Counted from the first letter of the stretch, positions 45,828-55,947 are shown. The stretch is 64,000 bases of DNA from Candidatus Saccharimonadota bacterium (GCA_016700315.1 CP065013.1:917298-981297); one strand, 5' to 3'. Numbers and translations are program-made. Notes: generated by a model from the letters alone, not told the origin.

Positions 45828-46928
45828 TTATGTCTGTCTGTCTGTCTGAAATGTATCAGTTCCTATCTGAGCCCGCGCTGCGTCGTTAAGTATATCGACA
45901 AAAGCTCTGTAGTCTTCTATCAGACCCGGTATTACCGCATCCCGCTCTGGGTGCAGGAAGTATCTTAGCCCTAGTAACCCTGCGATTCTGTGCAGGTTTT
46001 TTCGAACATTCTCGGCGTCCGGCGAACCAATAAGACCGTGATGTTCGCCTACTAAGTAGTTGATCCTAGTACTATCGTTAGGATCACCGACTATGCGAGA
46101 TAGCTCTAATGTGTCTTGGTTATCGCCTAACGCCCCGACTTGCGCGGTGCTAATAATCGCTTTTCTGGCTGGGTCAACGGTAATTTTGGTGATAATAACG
46201 TTTCCTCTTATGTCTATATGTTCTTCTTTTTCTATGCCACTTGTATTAAGTGCTAGTTTGGCTAAAACTTCTTCTACATCAGGGAACCTTGATTTATCTT
46301 TAATGTCTAAGCTTAGAGATGGATATACATCTGGTATTTCTAACACTTCGGAAAGTCTATCGGCTATCTCTTTTGACTGTCGACTGCCAGGCCCACTAAG
46401 CTGTTCTACCAACTCGCAAACTTCGCCGGTCAGAGTCAGCACCTCTTCTTGGGTCTCAGCGTCGACCCTCATAACTAGCGGCTTCTCAGTGTCAGCATCC
46501 GTGCACACCATAGTACCCACTACATCAGCGTTTAGGTAGCTACTGTCAAATAGCGCGTAGCTACAACTAGTTCCTTTTTTGTTTCTGTCGACAAAAGTAC
46601 ATATTTTTGTAGCAGCCAAACCGCTACCGTAACCAAAAACAATTCGATCTTGCTGGTCATCTAAGTTACTTTTCTCCTCCCAGAAGTAATAATCTACCCC
46701 ACGGCTATCTTTAGCAACCCACGCAACTTTTGTCATTTGAAGGTCAGGACTTGGATTATCCTGATCATAGAACCTCATAATTCTCAAGTTTTCAATATTA
46801 CTGATCAGGCCATTAGCATTATAAATTGTATTCTTTACGGGGATATTACACTGCTGTGCGGCAAAATCAATGTACATCTGTACTGCATGTGGGTCAAACT
46901 CAAAACTCATAAGTGGTAATTGTATCAA
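45828..46928 (-). CDS. hypothetical 366-aa acidic protein
   Basis: Open frame paired with 45011-45826. No family recognised. Confidence 0.5.
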   Translation of the reverse strand: MIQLPLMSFEFDPHAVQMYIDFAAQQCNIPVKNTIYNANGLISNIENLRIMRFYDQDNPSPDLQMTKVAWVAKDSRGVDYYFWEEKSNLDDQQDRIVFGYGSGLAATKICTFVDRNKKGTSCSYALFDSSYLNADVVGTMVCTDADTEKPLVMRVDAETQEEVLTLTGEVCELVEQLSGPGSRQSKEIADRLSEVLEIPDVYPSLSLDIKDKSRFPDVEEVLAKLALNTSGIEKEEHIDIRGNVIITKITVDPARKAIISTAQVGALGDNQDTLELSRIVGDPNDSTRINYLVGEHHGLIGSPDAENVRKNLHRIAGLLGLRYFLHPERDAVIPGLIEDYRAFVDILNDAARAQIGTDTFQTDRQT

Positions 46929-46970
46929 AACTATTGTATAAACTCAATAGTTGATTGGTGCTAATAGGCC

Positions 46971-47828
46971 CTACTCATAAAGTGAATCGGGGCCGACCCA
47001 AACGTATTCCCAAGGCTCAGGGTTCGGACCTTGTGCGGGTGCCCCTTCCGGGTAGCTAGGCAACCAGCCAGCTAGCTTGGCGTTGACGTAATTATCTTTC
47101 GAGAGCCATGCAAAGCAGGGAGTTCGTTCAAAAACGTCTCCAGAGTCTCCGCAGGCAATATCGACCGTGAAGCCAGTATGATGTTTGGAATAACCAGGTA
47201 TCGCGGTAACCTCCAAGAGTTTGTCGACAAGTGCATCCTGATTGCCAGCGGCAACGCTACTGGCAGTACCGCCTGCTGCCGAAAATCGCGCCATAAAAAG
47301 CTGCCTTTGATCGTCAATTGATCTAAAACCCTCGTTTAACTGCAGACTTATGCTGTCCCGGGCCGCAGCAGCTTTGAGTGCTTGCCAAGAAGTTATAGCC
47401 TTTTGCTGCAAACTGTAATTATCTACTTTGACTAAAGAAGTGTTTGGTATGGCGCGTTGCCTATAACCGCGAGCTTCAGCTAGCTGCCTAATTTTTTTGT
47501 CAGCTTCAATATTGCCAGTGATTAACGGCAGATCTTGAATCTCACTAACATTCGGGTAAGAAAAGCTGTCCAGAAAAGTTTTGATTTCTGCACCGGTGAG
47601 CTTACGCAGCTGCTTTGGTTTAGCCTGCTCTGGTTCAGCAGATGCTGCCTGTGAGCTTGCGGCTGTTGGTTGAGAGTATGTTTTCGAAGAGGTTGGTGCT
47701 TGTTTTTTGGCAAATATTAGCCACAAACTAACCAAGATCGCCATCACTCCAACCACAAAAATTATTATCTTACGCAAATTACGTTTTGGTTTACCGTCAA
47801 TTGTCTTTATTGGTTCAATAATCCGCAT
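46971..47828 (-). CDS. membrane-anchored D-alanyl-D-alanine carboxypeptidase (VanY / peptidase M15B-like)
   Basis: N-terminal TM, then LNEGFRSIDDQRQLF, PGYSKHHTGFTVDI and EPWEY. These give the H-x6-D and final His/Glu zinc-site pattern of VanY. Confidence 0.8.
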   Translation of the reverse strand: MRIIEPIKTIDGKPKRNLRKIIIFVVGVMAILVSLWLIFAKKQAPTSSKTYSQPTAASSQAASAEPEQAKPKQLRKLTGAEIKTFLDSFSYPNVSEIQDLPLITGNIEADKKIRQLAEARGYRQRAIPNTSLVKVDNYSLQQKAITSWQALKAAAARDSISLQLNEGFRSIDDQRQLFMARFSAAGGTASSVAAGNQDALVDKLLEVTAIPGYSKHHTGFTVDIACGDSGDVFERTPCFAWLSKDNYVNAKLAGWLPSYPEGAPAQGPNPEPWEYVWVGPDSLYE

Positions 47829-47964
47829 ATGCTAACCATTATAGAGACTTTTGCCAGCAAATACAGTATAATAACAGAGCAAATTTATAAATCTACAAAT
47901 TTATTCAAAAATGCTCGCAAGCAATCTAGAATTTAGCATTTGAGATTTAGAATTTAAAAAGTCA

Positions 47965-48039
47965 TGGGGCGTCGCCAAGTGGTAAGGCACCAGGTTTTGG
48001 TCCTGGCATTCAGGAGTTCGAATCTCTTCGCCCCAGCCA
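47965..48039 (+). tRNA. trnQ: tRNA-Gln (anticodon TTG), CCA-encoded
   Basis: Acceptor TGGGGCG/CGCCCCA, anticodon stem CCAGG/CCTGG with loop TTTTGGT, T arm AGGAG-TTCGAAT-CTCTT, discriminator G, then CCA. Confidence 0.9.
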
Positions 48040-48077
48040 AAAATTGATATATTAATCTAGCTAAGAGGAGAAACACA

Positions 48078-48395
48078 ATGGAAAATCGCTTATCATCTGA
48101 AAAAGTTGTCGTCTCAGCGCCAATGTCTTTTCATGGCTCGGCTGCTAGAATATGGAAAATCACAGATACAGATAATACAGTGAAAAGGTGGTTGGTATTC
48201 GTCCCGGTAGCTCTTTTGCTGATTTCTTTTGCATGGATCGTTGTTGCATCTTGGTATCTTTTTTTCGGAATCTGGCTTGTTCCCTACAGGTTGATCCGCA
48301 GAGGTGACAGAAAAAATAAAAGAGATAAACTAAGGCATCGAGAACTACTCGCGGCAATTGAGAAAAGTGGGGCGGATAAAACCTTAGGGCTCTAA
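48078..48395 (+). CDS. hypothetical small membrane protein
   Basis: 105 aa. AGAGGAG SD. Two TM helices followed by a basic tail (RRGDRKNKRDKLRHR). Confidence 0.5.
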   Translation: MENRLSSEKVVVSAPMSFHGSAARIWKITDTDNTVKRWLVFVPVALLLISFAWIVVASWYLFFGIWLVPYRLIRRGDRKNKRDKLRHRELLAAIEKSGADKTLGL

Positions 48396-48416
48396 GAAGA
48401 GGGCCCTAAGGTTTTT
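48378..48416. terminator. bidirectional intrinsic terminator between convergent genes
   Basis: AAAACCTTAGGGC (48378-90) pairs perfectly with GCCCTAAGGTTTT (48403-15), so A/T runs sit on both sides. Confidence 0.65.
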
Positions 48417-48462
48417 CGTAGAACTACCCAAAAATTCGGATAATAATTACTTATTGCTTATC

Positions 48463-48966
48463 TTATTTGTAGTAACTGCGCACTTGATAAAGAAGATAAA
48501 ATCCGATAGCTGCCCCCAATAAGGTGCCGATTATCCCCGCACCGTAACGGTAATCGCTAAAAGCGCCTAGGATTCCTGCTCCCAAGCTAACTAATTGTGA
48601 TAGAAACAATAAATTCCAACCCTTTTTCTTGCTTCTTGCTTTCAAACCAGAGAAGGCTACTACACCCAAAAGTCCAGTGACTAAAGCGACAGCCAATGTA
48701 AGATAGAAAAATAACCCTAGATTATTTGATACTGTACCCGTACCGTAAGCCCTACTAAAAGCATTACTGTAATCAATTAACCTATCTACGGCATGCGCAG
48801 TCCGCCAGAAAGACAACACAGCTAGCAAGCTCAGCACACCAAAAACAAGTGAAATCCAAGGAAACCACTCTACCAGCGTTTTTTTACCGTTTTCTGGCAT
48901 CGCCGGCAGCTTACTAAATAGTCCAGCAAGTCCGTCCTCTGCTTTTTTTAGTTGATTGTTTTCCAT
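48463..48966 (-). CDS. hypothetical membrane protein (four TM helices)
   Basis: 167 aa. GGAGG SD upstream. No family recognised. Confidence 0.55.
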   Translation of the reverse strand: MENNQLKKAEDGLAGLFSKLPAMPENGKKTLVEWFPWISLVFGVLSLLAVLSFWRTAHAVDRLIDYSNAFSRAYGTGTVSNNLGLFFYLTLAVALVTGLLGVVAFSGLKARSKKKGWNLLFLSQLVSLGAGILGAFSDYRYGAGIIGTLLGAAIGFYLLYQVRSYYK

Positions 48967-49040
48967 AATGCAATAACCTCCCTCATTTATAGCTCAAATA
49001 TAGTCTTAGTTAATGATAAATACAAGCATTTTATATCAAT

Positions 49041-49631
49041 TTATGCGGCATTAAGATGTATTAATGCAGTTCTAAGTATTGGCATTGCAATTTGTGGGTG
49101 AATAATTTCTATTGGAGTCCGGGTAATACCTCTTATGACTTCCAGATGATGCGCACGGTTATCAAGAGAGTGATTAAGCCTACGCACTTTACTCTGTTCT
49201 AGCGCATTATTGATACCCTCAACAGCCCTAATGGATACCCCCAAAGTACGAAGTAAATCTGCTTCCTTTAAAAATTCTGCCATGGTTTGAGCGTCAGGAA
49301 TCCGCGTTCCGATATACTCTTTGTGAATTAACCCATGCTGGCAATCTAGCATCCAAACTCTGTTAAAAGGGTGCTCTCTAAATTCATGGCTTAGTTCGTC
49401 TTTTTCATACAGGGTTCGTGGCCAATACAAGTGGTGTCTTGAAACGAAACAGCGCCGGTGATTCGGCGCTGTTCCTTGCATTATTAGCTCTTCGCATGAT
49501 TCTACTGGAGATGGCGGCATCACTAATCCTTTAAAATTCCTTGGATAATGGCCTCTTTTCATACATCGATCCTTTTTATTTCGATTTTTGAACCTCAACA
49601 TAAATATAGCTTTAGTTCTTAATAAGCACAA
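49041..49631 (-). CDS. hypothetical protein with HNH-nuclease-like motif (start uncertain)
   Basis: CFVSRHHLYWPR...FNRVWMLDCQHGLIH fits an HH...N...C-H-x2-IH pattern reminiscent of HNH/His-Me fingers. Motif-level evidence only. Confidence 0.45.
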   Translation of the reverse strand: MCLLRTKAIFMLRFKNRNKKDRCMKRGHYPRNFKGLVMPPSPVESCEELIMQGTAPNHRRCFVSRHHLYWPRTLYEKDELSHEFREHPFNRVWMLDCQHGLIHKEYIGTRIPDAQTMAEFLKEADLLRTLGVSIRAVEGINNALEQSKVRRLNHSLDNRAHHLEVIRGITRTPIEIIHPQIAMPILRTALIHLNAA

Positions 49632-49639
49632 GTACTTTT

Positions 49640-50650
49640 TTATACGATCAGCATAGCGTCGCCGAATGAGTAAAATCGGTATTTTTTGGCAATAGCGTGA
49701 GCATATATTCGCATTAGCTCTGCGGCAGCCTGTTTTTCGGATAAGCCTTTTTTGTCAGCTATAAACGCCGCCACCAACATGAGCAGGGAAGTTGAAGGTA
49801 AGTGAAAATTTGTAATCATTGCATCAACTCTTCTGAAATCATAACCAGCTCTTATCAAAATGTCGGTGTATCCGTAGGTTTTTTGACCGCTACGGCCAAA
49901 AATTGTTTCGAGTGTTCTCACCGTTGTGGTGCCTACAGCTGTTATGTGTTTAGCGGCGTTTATAGCTACAAGGCTACGATCACTTATTTCAAAGTACTCT
50001 TGGTGTAGCTTGCCTGTGCTAAGCTGCTTCTCTGTCAACGGCGCAAAAGTACCCAGACCAACGTGAAGTGTAATCTCCTCAATAGGGAAACTTTTGGACA
50101 GTTCGGTAAGTAACTCTTCGGTGAAGTGAAGCCCGGCAGTTGGCGCAGCTTTGCTACCGAGGGGCTTAGCGTAAACTGTCTGATATTCATCTGCTAATTT
50201 ATCATTTTGCTCAATGTATGGAGGCATCGGGACATGCTCATACTTTTGCAAGCGTCTATCATCGTGTGGGACGCTTAATCTCAAAGTTCTTAGCCCGTTT
50301 TCATCTATGGCCACAGTCGAGACAGTAAGCCAATCGGTAAGTTGTACATCTTTACCGGGTTGAAATTTTTTACCTTTTCGAACCATTGCTGTAATCGTGT
50401 TTGTGTCTAGCTTCTGCAAAACAAAAATTTCTATTCCCCCATCGAAAAGCCACCGGCAATGCTCAACTTTAGAATTATTTAGTGCAATTGTGGTTGAGGT
50501 TTTGAGATGTTTCCCAAGTACCCTAAATACCGAGTCCACGATTTTACCGGTGCTACACTCATATACTAACAGCCTAGCGGAGTCCCTGGGGCTGGCTGGT
50601 TCTTGAGCAATTAGCTCTTTGGGCAATATAAAATTGTACAGATCGTTCAC
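49640..50650 (-). CDS. queA: S-adenosylmethionine:tRNA ribosyltransferase-isomerase
   Basis: FILPKELIAQEPASPRDSARLLV, VPMPPYI, GSKAAPTAGLHFT, TLHVGLGTF, VGTTTVRTLE and ITNFHLP. Confidence 0.9.
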   Translation of the reverse strand: MNDLYNFILPKELIAQEPASPRDSARLLVYECSTGKIVDSVFRVLGKHLKTSTTIALNNSKVEHCRWLFDGGIEIFVLQKLDTNTITAMVRKGKKFQPGKDVQLTDWLTVSTVAIDENGLRTLRLSVPHDDRRLQKYEHVPMPPYIEQNDKLADEYQTVYAKPLGSKAAPTAGLHFTEELLTELSKSFPIEEITLHVGLGTFAPLTEKQLSTGKLHQEYFEISDRSLVAINAAKHITAVGTTTVRTLETIFGRSGQKTYGYTDILIRAGYDFRRVDAMITNFHLPSTSLLMLVAAFIADKKGLSEKQAAAELMRIYAHAIAKKYRFYSFGDAMLIV

Positions 50651-50682
50651 TTATACTAATTATAACTTTAAATCTTATAAAT

Positions 50683-52152
50683 ATGGTAGTTTTTGCAACT
50701 ACCTTTTGTTATAATTCGCAAATGCCAGGCGAGAATTATGAAAGTGAATGGGGACGTGTTAATTACGGCGATTGGGGCCAAGAGGCCGATGTTAGTCAGA
50801 TAGATCATCTATGTAACCTATCGGCCGAAACTCTAGACTTACACGGGCTAAAATACACCGAAACTATTGCCAAAGTCGACCTTGATGATTGTTTTGCAGT
50901 ATTTACTAGTACTGTTGGAAGTGACGGATTTTTAGAATCTATGGAGTTCACTATTCATGATGGTGAAGATACCAGCGACTATGATCCTCTGAATAACGAG
51001 GAGGCGGTAGTAATCAGAGTTATTTTTGACGGGACAGGAAAGCTGGCAAGCTTCAACCTTTTTGGTGATGAACTAGACAGTGATTCTCTCTCTTATGACA
51101 ATGCTGCTTTTGTTAAAGTGGCATTGGATAAGCTAAAGAACAGAGGAGTAGCATTAGGTTTTGTTAGTTCAGTCGAAGATATACTCAACAAATATATAGA
51201 TTTTAGACGTAACGGCTTAGCTGAAGATCAGCAAGCAAATCTGAGCCTATCAAGTATTAATGGATACTTAGATTTCACGCGGACAAATCAAGATATAGTA
51301 TTCGAGCGCCAACTATACCAACACTTACTGAAGGATGGCAGATTCCTAACCGTGCTTGGGTCTAAAAGACAGAAATATAGTGACAAGTACCAAGATTACT
51401 GTTCTTTAGCTATCTCACTCAAAGACAGTCGAAATGGTATTACGACGCACTTTAATAGAGCAGCGCTAAGCCTTGCTGCAGTCACAGAAACTATCGAAGA
51501 CACAGAGGACAGGTTCGTTGATGCGATTAGCCCGACACAAGATTACGCCGATGCCGATAGTGTCGCTAGCGTTTTGAGCTCATTGTACGATTCTAATGTT
51601 GAGGAGTATGCGTCAAACATGGAGTTAGAACTTTACCGAAACTCCGAGCTTTCTCTCGAGCAAAGTTATCAAGACTCAATCGAACTTCTCAAACAATATT
51701 TCGATGAGGGTAACCACGAAGCCCAAGCTAAAGCCCTGACTGACTTACTTAGCCTATCGATAAATACTTTCAAAGAAAAATTTGAGAAATGCTACGGCCT
51801 TATACCCAATATAGCCGACAAAATTGAAGACAATAACTTGCTCAATCTGATGTTAGACGAAGGCACAAACAGAATTTATGTAAGAACACCTCGATTTTGG
51901 ACATTGGTAAACTCAGAATTGATAGAGGCGACTCAGCACAATAAATCATCGTTATTCCCATTTGCATATCTTGGTGCCATTCCTAGATCTTTAGACGGAG
52001 ATAGTCCAATAACCGATATCTTCATTTTTGGCATTATTGCGGGGCAAGTTACAGAGCTTAACGAGGACGGACACTTAATCTCGGAAAAAAGACGTGAATT
52101 TATCTATATGCCATATAGTTTGATAAAGGATAATTTAATTCCACCAAGTTAG
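50683..52152 (+). CDS. hypothetical 489-aa acidic protein
   Basis: Long open frame directly upstream of the helicase-nuclease gene. No family recognised. Confidence 0.5.
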   Translation: MVVFATTFCYNSQMPGENYESEWGRVNYGDWGQEADVSQIDHLCNLSAETLDLHGLKYTETIAKVDLDDCFAVFTSTVGSDGFLESMEFTIHDGEDTSDYDPLNNEEAVVIRVIFDGTGKLASFNLFGDELDSDSLSYDNAAFVKVALDKLKNRGVALGFVSSVEDILNKYIDFRRNGLAEDQQANLSLSSINGYLDFTRTNQDIVFERQLYQHLLKDGRFLTVLGSKRQKYSDKYQDYCSLAISLKDSRNGITTHFNRAALSLAAVTETIEDTEDRFVDAISPTQDYADADSVASVLSSLYDSNVEEYASNMELELYRNSELSLEQSYQDSIELLKQYFDEGNHEAQAKALTDLLSLSINTFKEKFEKCYGLIPNIADKIEDNNLLNLMLDEGTNRIYVRTPRFWTLVNSELIEATQHNKSSLFPFAYLGAIPRSLDGDSPITDIFIFGIIAGQVTELNEDGHLISEKRREFIYMPYSLIKDNLIPPS

Positions 52153-52184
52153 CTATGAGTGTCGAACTTCGGTAGAATATAACC

Positions 52185-55004
52185 ATGGCTACCGAGTTAA
52201 ACAATAAGCAGAAAGAAGTGTTGGAGCACGACAAAGGCCCGATGCTTATTGTAGCAGGAGCTGGTACCGGTAAAACCACCACTGTAATAGAGAAGGTCAA
52301 ACAGCTGCTGGGATCTGGTATAAAATCAGAGTCAATACTGGCGCTTACTTTCACCGAAAAAGCAGCTCGCGAGATGCTAGACCGGCTTCTAGAAGAAACT
52401 GACAAGCTAAACCTTGAAATCCCGATGATGACGTTTAACGCTTTTGGCGAGTCGATATTGCGTGAATTCGCTAACCATATTGGTCTCGGGCGATCTTTCC
52501 GTGTTTTAGGCGAGCAAGCACAGATAGTTTTTGTCCGCGAGCGGATAGACGAATTTGGACTAGACTATTTTCTGCCGCTCGCCAACTTGCCAGATTCCGT
52601 CATCAGCGATCTGCTTGATCTGTTTAGTAGAGCCAAACAAAGCCTGGTAACACCAGAGCAGTACAAGGCTTTTGCGGATAAGATGCCGACAACCAGCGAA
52701 GCCGAACAGCTGGAAAGAAAACAACACATTGAGCTAGCGAGTGCCTACAACTCCTACGTCAGACTCTGCGCAGCCGAGAACCTGATCGACTATGATGATC
52801 AAATCTTCCTCTTAGTTCAACTGCTTCATAAACGACCCAACATCCGCCAGGTCCTCCAGAAACGATACGCCTACATCTTTGTAGACGAGTTTCAGGATAC
52901 TAACTTCATGCAGTCGTCACTAATCGACCTACTAGTTTCGGCAGAGCAAAACCTAATAGTAGTCGGTGATGATGATCAAAGTATCTACGGTTTTCGCGGT
53001 GCAGATTTAAGCAATATTTTGAGCTTCAAAGAGCGATTCAAAACTGCAAAAGAAGTCGCTCTAACAAAGAACTACCGCAGTAGTCAGCCGATACTAGATG
53101 CTGCTTACAAACTAATTCAAAACAACAACCCTCATCGGCTCGAAACAACGCTCAAGATCAACAAAAAGCTAGTCAGTGATGTAATTGGTGAAGAGCCGCA
53201 GCTTCGGCATTTCGAGCACATAGACTTTGAGATTGAGTGGTTAGCAGAAGATATCGCCAAGCGCATAAACAGCGGCCAGAAACCTGGCTCAATTGCAGTT
53301 CTTGCAAGACGGCGACAAACAGCCAAGCTTGTAGCTAGCGCCCTAACAAGGCACCAAGTTAGCCATAAGCTGGTAGGTTTTCGTGAAGATATGTATGCCC
53401 AACCAGCAGTGCGCATGCTAACTGAGCTAGCACGCACCATTGCCGAACCAAGCAACAATAATTCACTACACCACACCCTCACCAGTGCACTTTTTAGTAT
53501 TCCAAACGCCGATCTAGCCAACGAAGCCGTCAACGCACGCTATAACCACGAGCCGCTCGAAGACATTCTGCTTTCAAGCGGTAAGAAGCATGTGATCGAG
53601 CCGATTTTATTGATTCAAAAATGGCGAGAATCTGCTGCGACCAAAAGCGTCGGACAACTATTATTCCAAGCAATTGAGCAAACAGGCTTTAAAGCAGAGC
53701 TATTTAAAGCTGCCGAGCACGACGAAAATTCCGCCGATACCGTTCTGGCTCTTGGGCAGTACTTCGGCTCTCTTAAGAGCTTTGAGGCCATCGCCTCGCA
53801 ACCAACGGTCTATGAATATATGTTAAGCTTGCCAGCCTTAAAGTCTGCTGGAGACAGACTTGACGACACGCTAGATATTTCTGAAGACCAAGTAAACGTC
53901 CTAACAGTCCATAAAGCCAAAGGTCTAGAATGGGAGACGGTGTATATACCCCAATTAGTGGAAGGCAGCTTTCCGCTCAAGAAAATGGCCGAAGGTTTGC
54001 AGCTACCCGATGGGCTTTTCATGAGTCCGTACGACGAGGCCAAAGATCACTACCACGAAGAAAGACGACTCATGTATGTCGCAATGACTAGAGCCAAACA
54101 AAATCTCATCTTTAGTTATTCAGATTTTCAGGGAAGTAGTAGCAGCAAGCGTACAGCTTCACGCTTTTTGGGTGAAATATTTGAGCTTTTGCCAGAAACT
54201 ACTCCTTCGCACAACAATTCTAACGATATTGAAAATCCTGAACAACACCTATCCACAGCACTAGAAATACCGACCGAGATTTACGATGGCAAATACGTTT
54301 ACTTAAGTGTTAGTCAGGCAGCTAGCTTACTGAACTGCCCATTAGATTTTTACTACAAATTTATTCTACGAGCTCCAGAAAAACCCGAACCTCAGACCAG
54401 CTATGGTACAGCACTTCACGCTCTTATAGAGCACATGAACCGCTCGCTGATGCCGGGTGGTGAAGCCGTAAGTTTAGAATCTCTAGAACAAGAGCTGTCA
54501 CTTAACTGGGTAAAATCAGGCTACGCCAGTAAGGCACAGGAGAGACGCGCTTACAAAACGGCAAAAGCCACCCTTACGAGGCTATTCAACGCATTAGCCG
54601 AAAGGCGCACACCGACATATATCGAGGAGCCTTTTACCGTCCTACTCGAAGACGAAGGCGTAGTCTTGCGCGGACGATACGACGTTGCTTATGATGACGA
54701 AGCAGGTGTTGAGATTAGAGACTACAAATCTGGTATAGGCGTTAATAGTGAAGAAAAAGCCAAAAAGCGAGCTCAAGGCAGTGTCCAGCTTAGTATGTAT
54801 GCGCTAGCTTGGTTTGTCCAAAAAGGCCAACTGCCCGACAAGCTCAGTCTCGAGTTCATCGACACTGGGATTGAGGCGTCGGTACGCAAAACCGATAAGG
54901 GAATTGAAAGTTTGAGAAAACGCCTTGCTGACTCCGCAGAAATGGTTAAGTCCAAGCATTTTCCACTCGGCTCAAGTCGCCATGAACATTGCATACACCC
55001 GTAA
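52185..55004 (+). CDS. UvrD/PcrA-type SF1 helicase fused to a C-terminal PD-(D/E)XK (RecB-like) nuclease domain
   Basis: Walker A AGAGTGKTT, FVDEFQDTN, VGDDDQSIYGFRGA, TKNYRS, VHKAKGLEW and YVAMTRAK. The C-terminus has GRYDVAY...EIRDYKSG...QLSMYA. Confidence 0.85.
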   Translation: MATELNNKQKEVLEHDKGPMLIVAGAGTGKTTTVIEKVKQLLGSGIKSESILALTFTEKAAREMLDRLLEETDKLNLEIPMMTFNAFGESILREFANHIGLGRSFRVLGEQAQIVFVRERIDEFGLDYFLPLANLPDSVISDLLDLFSRAKQSLVTPEQYKAFADKMPTTSEAEQLERKQHIELASAYNSYVRLCAAENLIDYDDQIFLLVQLLHKRPNIRQVLQKRYAYIFVDEFQDTNFMQSSLIDLLVSAEQNLIVVGDDDQSIYGFRGADLSNILSFKERFKTAKEVALTKNYRSSQPILDAAYKLIQNNNPHRLETTLKINKKLVSDVIGEEPQLRHFEHIDFEIEWLAEDIAKRINSGQKPGSIAVLARRRQTAKLVASALTRHQVSHKLVGFREDMYAQPAVRMLTELARTIAEPSNNNSLHHTLTSALFSIPNADLANEAVNARYNHEPLEDILLSSGKKHVIEPILLIQKWRESAATKSVGQLLFQAIEQTGFKAELFKAAEHDENSADTVLALGQYFGSLKSFEAIASQPTVYEYMLSLPALKSAGDRLDDTLDISEDQVNVLTVHKAKGLEWETVYIPQLVEGSFPLKKMAEGLQLPDGLFMSPYDEAKDHYHEERRLMYVAMTRAKQNLIFSYSDFQGSSSSKRTASRFLGEIFELLPETTPSHNNSNDIENPEQHLSTALEIPTEIYDGKYVYLSVSQAASLLNCPLDFYYKFILRAPEKPEPQTSYGTALHALIEHMNRSLMPGGEAVSLESLEQELSLNWVKSGYASKAQERRAYKTAKATLTRLFNALAERRTPTYIEEPFTVLLEDEGVVLRGRYDVAYDDEAGVEIRDYKSGIGVNSEEKAKKRAQGSVQLSMYALAWFVQKGQLPDKLSLEFIDTGIEASVRKTDKGIESLRKRLADSAEMVKSKHFPLGSSRHEHCIHP

Positions 55005-55005
55005 G

Positions 55006-55310
55006 GAGATAGGGGAATAGTAGTAAGTAGTTGGTAGTTGGTAGTAAGCGTAAAATTCTAAATCCTAAGCACTAAATTCTAAATAGACCCTGGACCCAGG
55101 ACCCTAGACCCTAGACCCTAGACCCTAGCTCTTGGCTCATGACTCTTGACTCTTGGCTCTATTTGAACAGTACGCAGTACAGGGTACGCGGTACGGAGTA
55201 ATATCTACTAGCTACCAACTACTAACTACCAACAACTAGTCCGTAGTCCTAATCACTCTAACCTCTAACCTCTAACCTCTAACCTCTAACCTCTAACCTC
55301 TAACCTAATT
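55006..55310. repeat. mosaic heptamer-repeat intergenic element, copy D (forward orientation)
   Basis: Module order: TAGTAAG/TGGTAGT block, AAGCGTAAAATTCTAAATCCTAAGCACTAAATTCTAAATAG, (ACCCTAG)n, CTCTTGG/CTCTTGA block, GTACGCA/GTACGCG block, CTAACTA block, TAATCACT, then (CTCTAAC)x7. Confidence 0.9.
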
Positions 55311-55313
55311 GTC

Positions 55314-55907
55314 TTACAAGAACGCATATAGAAAAATCAGCAGCAATGAAGTTGCCAGGAGTGCCCAGCCAAAGATGTCATTGTTTTGTTCGATAGATTT
55401 TTTGAGATTGCTAGCCGCTTTTCTGCTTAGAGGCAAGTCATCGACATTTAGCCTAAGCCACGAATAATTGACAGCGATAACCCCGATATAGCAAAAAATG
55501 CAGAATACACACAGCGCACCAATCGAAAGCGCACTTTGGCTTAAGTACCAATAGCCAAATAGCAAGAAAAACACCGATAAAAACTGCATAACCAATCTAA
55601 AGTTTTTGTTAAGCTTGCCATCCGAAAACCACATGGTGAGTCCCACTCCTAACATCACACCAAAAAAGAGCAGGCACATAATCGTGTTAGAGAAACCAAA
55701 AACGGAGGATTGCCATGCATCAAAAACACTGCTGCAAGAAAAAACGCTATTGATGTTACATCGCAGTATTTGGTCTGGTTTATCTGCCCAAGAAATCCTC
55801 TCAATCAACTGTATAAATGAGGCCAGGGCGCCCAACCCAGCTCCAGCAGTTAGTATTTTCCAATATTTTTTATCTGTTCTTTTAAACAAGTCTTTAATCG
55901 ATTTCAT
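55314..55907 (-). CDS. vitamin K epoxide reductase (VKOR)-family membrane protein
   Basis: Loop cysteine pair CNINSVFSC and a CxxC in a TM helix (LCVFCIFC). About five TM helices. Confidence 0.7.
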   Translation of the reverse strand: MKSIKDLFKRTDKKYWKILTAGAGLGALASFIQLIERISWADKPDQILRCNINSVFSCSSVFDAWQSSVFGFSNTIMCLLFFGVMLGVGLTMWFSDGKLNKNFRLVMQFLSVFFLLFGYWYLSQSALSIGALCVFCIFCYIGVIAVNYSWLRLNVDDLPLSRKAASNLKKSIEQNNDIFGWALLATSLLLIFLYAFL

Positions 55908-55947
55908 ACTTCAATTATATACCTTTTGCCAATCTCCGAAAAAAAAT

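Noticed and set aside
55256-55308. (CTCTAAC)n / (GGTTAGA)n and (CTAGGGT)n arrays resembling telomeric TTAGGG/TTTAGGG repeats
   Set aside because: The resemblance is only partial (7-mers with a TTAG or TAGGG core). The arrays are internal, flanked by ordinary genes on both sides, and interleaved with many unrelated heptamer types. There is no evidence for chromosome ends or a telomerase-like gene here.
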